The notes below the pieces were generated by a model. It worked only from the letters and a program-made list of their open reading frames with translations. It searched no databases and was not told the origin of the DNA. Shown here one piece after another: positions 60,714-64,000 of a DNA stretch of 64,000 bases. The stretch spans positions 12,148,587-12,212,586 of the forward strand of contig CM120648.1 in the NCBI GenBank assembly GCA_051362555.1, in the 5' to 3' direction. The DNA is from Lingula anatina. Its lineage: Eukaryota > Animalia > Brachiopoda. The number at the start of each line of letters is the position of its first letter. Position 1 is the first letter of the stretch. The position numbers were made by a program, and so were the translations under genes.

Positions 60714-62968
60714 TGCTGTGTACTCATATATAACCTACTATGAACAATTTTTGTCATATCCAAGTATTACCAGTTACCAGTTGTAGTTGGTATTTCTCAG
60801 TAACCTGATGATACGTACACAGGAAGGAGCTTCTCCTGTGTCAACCTCTAGTTTGATTAGAGAATTAGCCTGAAGTTGTTTACTGGGAAAAAAAAGTAAT
60901 AAAATATCCATTTATGGCAGGAAAAAGAGGCATTATTATTTATTTCATTTATTTTTGAGAAAGGAGGATGGGGTTTTCATTTCATGAAAGTGTATCCCTT
61001 TTTGTGTGGTTGTTTCATTATTTGCTTATTAATCTTCTCAGAGTGACAGGTGATAAAAGTTATATTTTATTACATGTAATGGATGGTGGTGACAGGAAGT
61101 CCTAATGGGCAAGATCGATTGAAATGATTCATCATTTTTTAACATATTATCCCACAACGGAAGCTCATCACGTAATCTGGGGACATCAGAATATTTCCCT
61201 GGAATTTCTATGCCTTGCACCCCTGACAACATGACAACAAATCTAGCTTTCATACCCCTAAAATTTTGTAAGACTTGCAGGATTCATTTCAGCCAAGCTG
61301 GCAATTATGTCAAAAATAATTTGTAAGCCTTGCAGTCATCCCTGATAAAACATGAACCATCTTCTAAAATAACTGGTGATGCCAAGTGATGACTGGAGTG
61401 TCATCTGGAGAAAACTGTCATGAGAAGTTTGTTTGTAGTCAGTCAAAGATGATAAAATGACAGTCTGTGTGTAAATTGTGTTACAGGAAGTGGTGCGAGT
61501 TAATCGAGAGTTCAAGTGTTGCGCTGGCTGCTGTTGGTGCGCCGGTGCTGATTGTTGCGCCATGGAAGTCAGTGTAGAGTCACCGCCGGGACAGGTTGTT
61601 GGACATGTGAGACAGGCGTAAGTATCTAGTTTCCCATTACCCAGGTTTTGACTACATATACATTTTTTCCTGCTTTTTTATGACAAAATCATCTTACCCC
61701 ACCTGTCTGTATATCAGTGCATTCTTAAAGGGATAATAACTCTTTGTAAGAGATCTATATTTCACAATAAAAACATTGTGAACAACTCATAGAAATAAAA
61801 TATATTCTTTTGTACCACAAAAACGACAGTTATAGCTATTATTCTGATATCTGAGCTTGTCTATAGACCATGTGACCCCCATTGATGGCTATACTCTGTT
61901 AAAATCTTATAATCAATATGATCTTATAATCAAAAAAACAAACTTTTTTAGAATAAAAACCAGGGACTAACTTTGGATATAAAAATCTATTCATTAACCA
62001 TTGGAAAGTATGGGAAAATTGTTGTTTACTCCAGAAAAATCCATTTTTTGGCCAAAACGAAGATTTTTTATCCCTTTAAGCATATTATAAAATTAAAACC
62101 TGAGTGAACTCTTTCTGCTGTTTTTCTAAGACAAGCACTATGCTAGACTGGGCTGGAAATTAAGAAGGTCACCAGTATAGTACGTCTGTCTGATATTTCC
62201 ATACACACCATGGCCCACTTTTTCACAGCTGACATTATGTAACAAGATCATGATGTTGTGAAATTCTCTTTCTCAGGATAAATACAAACTACAATGGTTT
62301 GTTAAAGTAAATTGTTTTAATGACAGGATGATGCTGACTTTGTGTGAAAATAATGATAAATTGTATTTTGTAAAAAGGAATGTGGTTGCTTTTTGATGCA
62401 ACGCAAAGTTACTTGACTGAAAATAGTTAAAGAAAATGTGTTTTTTTCTACCAGTAAAGGGTTATGAGGTTTGTGTAATTTTTTTTAAACATGACAAGGT
62501 GTTGAATTGAAAGAAAAAATAGAAATATTTCATAAAATTGGATGTGGATGTGGCTTTTTTTTTGTGTGTGTGTGTGTGTGTAATGACAATTGTGTATTTG
62601 GAAACAGTGTTACGAGTAAATTGACTGGGAATTGAAAGTCAGACGAGGTAGTTGTGCACCCTCTACCAAGGTGGCAGATATAGGCAAATTTTGAAAAAGG
62701 CAGAGAATCAAATGACTATTTATGTATTAAAGACATATCTGTGGACATCTTGTGAAAAATCAATCTGTGACCCTGGTAGAGGATAGTGGTGGTGTTATTA
62801 ACACGTTCTGACAATTGAACAGATTTGGTTTGTTTTATATTCCCCAGTACAAGTGGTTGGGCCCCTAAATACACCATCATGGATGCTGGGATGAAGACAA
62901 TCTTTGAGGTGAACGGGCCATGCTGTATCTGCCAGGGACCTTGTTGTACTTGGGACCAAGACTTTGTG
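40513..62968 (+). CDS. PLSCR: Phospholipid scramblase (PLSCR family), 3'-partial. Exons 40513-40582, 53504-53590, 54358-54507, 54924-55001, 58240-58316, 61487-61617, 62848-62968; continues beyond the window
   Basis: Phase-consistent exons encode a P/Q/G/Y-rich N-terminus, then [129 protein letters not shown]...[17 protein letters not shown]. These are canonical scramblase motifs (CPPGLEYL, FTGxETxNKY, Cys-rich palmitoylation loop). Confidence 0.93.
41093..43075 (+). mobile_element. HINE family A (Helentron-associated), ~2 kb, with an internal inverted segment
   Basis: 5' TTTTTA, palindromic subTIR TGTACAGACACAGATGTGTCTGTACA, (GCCGTC/GCCGAT)n microsatellite, ~160-bp core repeats, 3' TGTCTGTACA plus hairpin CAGC-TTT-GCTG and TTGTT. 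Confidence 0.8.
48975..49283 (+). mobile_element. 3' end of an L2/CR1-group LINE (5'-truncated)
   Basis: Translates [40 protein letters not shown] (typical L2 ORF2 C-terminus), followed by the 3' tail TGTAAGGCGCCTTGAG...ATATAAGAAT(ATT)n. Confidence 0.75.
49517..50603 (+). mobile_element. hAT-derived non-autonomous element, copy 1 (1087 bp)
   Basis: TIR CAGGGCTCAACAT / ATGTTGAGCCCTG and subterminal TTGCCC repeats. Relic transposase N-terminus from 49827 ([10 protein letters not shown]; [19 protein letters not shown]...CQYC...FITGCKSFR, ZnF-TTF-like) with stops and a frameshift. Confidence 0.85.
51640..52725 (-). mobile_element. hAT-derived non-autonomous element, copy 2, inverted (1086 bp)
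   Basis: Reverse complement of 49517-50603. The identical 77-aa spurious ORF appears at 49985(+) and 52257(-). Confidence 0.85.
53601..53920. repeat. (CA)n-rich microsatellite region. Other simple repeats: (CA)n 3249-3290, (ATT)n 4161-4195, (CT)n 14591-14628, (TA)n 28679-28722, (TTTA)n 28843-28886, (TA)n 37686-37728, (TAT)n 54309-54345, (TTA)n 60667-60712, (TC)n 63170-63216
   Basis: Directly visible simple repeats. Confidence 0.9.
54712..54884. mobile_element. Harbinger-like MITE, family M copy 1
   Basis: GAGCGCATTC...AACAGATC...GGATCAAATATGGCTGACCCACTTGAATG, shared with the copies at 58411 and 62992. Confidence 0.6.
55095..57904 (+). mobile_element. HINE family A, ~2.8 kb, with ~6.5 tandem copies of a ~160-bp core
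   Basis: Same ends as the 41093 copy, inserted in a T-run. ACCGATAACAC.ATAAGTGG recurs at about 55200, 55361, 55521, 55682, 55843 and 56002. Confidence 0.85.
58411..58498. mobile_element. Harbinger-like MITE, family M copy 2 (88-bp hairpin, TAA/TTA flanks)
   Basis: GAGCACATTCAAAACAGCGGAATAACAGATCC versus inverse GGATCTGTTAATCCACTGTTCCGAATGCACTC. Confidence 0.7.
59766..60135. repeat. ~91-bp minisatellite, 4 copies
   Basis: CTT(T/C)GAAAC...TTTTAGAA.GCTGGGTTC...TGTGGTCTTT recurs at about 59767, 59858, 59950 and 60040. Confidence 0.85.
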
Positions 62969-62991
62969 GTATGTGGATACTCAGAACAGTT

Positions 62992-63166
62992 GAGCGCATT
63001 CAGAAAAGCGGACTAACAGATCCCTGGATCAAATATGGCTGACCCACTTGAATGCTTGTTACGTAATCCCCGCGAGGAATCTTTTCGGTGTCTTATTGAG
63101 ATTTAAGGTTCAAGTCTTTTAGTATGTGGCCATATTTGAAACGCAAATTTGTTAGCCTGCTGTTCT

Positions 63167-63170
<4 letters not shown>
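62992..63170. mobile_element. Harbinger-like MITE, family M copy 3
   Basis: GAGCGCATTCAGAAAAGCGGACTAACAGATCC ... TTTGTTAGCCTGCTGTTCTGAA, running into (TC)n. Confidence 0.6.
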
Positions 63171-63219
<49 letters not shown>

Positions 63220-64000
63220 TCAAAAAAATTCAATTTGCGGTAACAATAATCGTGCAGTTGTCTACCCATTTCACACATCACAACCAGAGATGGGCGATAT
63301 ATAATATTAAAAGTGGAAATGTCAAGTCACATGGATATTACATTTGCGCACACCACAACTACATGCAGCTGAATTCTTTCTGCTGGAATACACATTTCTT
63401 CCGTGCCTCGCTTGTATTTTTGGCACAGAGCTTGCAGAGTGAGTCAGGAATTACATTAAAGCATTCAATAGAATATCATGTTATACAAGATGCTTGCTAT
63501 TTTAAGAGTGATCAAATGAGTTTGCTCATGCTTCATGAAATGTCTTTAACCTTTATGATAGTCTAATGATACTTAAGACATGCCCCTACATGGTAGCTTA
63601 AACTGCAGTAAGTTGATCTCTTTTGGCAAAAACGCATTAGAAATTTTTACAAAATCGAAACTAATGTATAAAATGATGAGCACTGATCAAATTTTTAGAT
63701 TACAGATATGAAAGTATAAGATTCTGTAGCATTCAAGTCAACTCTGCAATGTATTTGTCTGTCTTAATTTGTCATTTAATGTAAATACACACTACTTGTG
63801 AACATTTAAAGAGATTAGAAGTAGCATTAGTTATATAAATTACAAACTGAAGGCTCTCCCTTCACCTTCTCAGTCCTGTTCTATATGTGTCAGAGATTGT
63901 CGAGAACATACTGGTATAATTCCCTTTTTGATACGCAGTTGAATTAGTTGATTATTGAAATTCATCAGTTTGATTTGTTTTGAAGCTATTTAATTACATT

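Overview
AT-rich, intron-containing animal genomic DNA, probably a marine invertebrate deuterostome (echinoderm- or hemichordate-like; this is an inference from gene content and repeat types). Five protein-coding genes were reconstructed by hand from GT-AG splice sites and frame continuity: (1) the 3' six exons of an adipolin/erythroferrone (C1QTNF12/ERFE)-like gene (+, 2750-5296); (2) a vertebrate-type Toll-like receptor with a single coding exon (+, 10251-12980); (3) a two-exon BK-channel beta-subunit (KCNMB)-like gene (-, 14081-20968); (4) a four-coding-exon NBL1/DAN BMP antagonist with an altered cysteine pattern and a ~190-aa C-terminal extension (-, 26735-28991); (5) a phospholipid scramblase (+, from 40513, continuing past the window end). 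Introns and intergenic DNA are packed with non-autonomous and often nested mobile elements: Helentron-type HINEs, an Academ-like foldback element, a TTAA-flanked TIR element, a near-perfect 1.09-kb inverted pair of hAT derivatives, Harbinger-like MITEs next to scramblase exons, LINE relics, a small tRNA-containing LTR (TRIM-like) relic, and a 5.6-kb TIR element that appears to have inserted into a (CA)n microsatellite. Almost all short ORFs in the supplied track are spurious. Family assignments come from motif recognition only; no database search was run.
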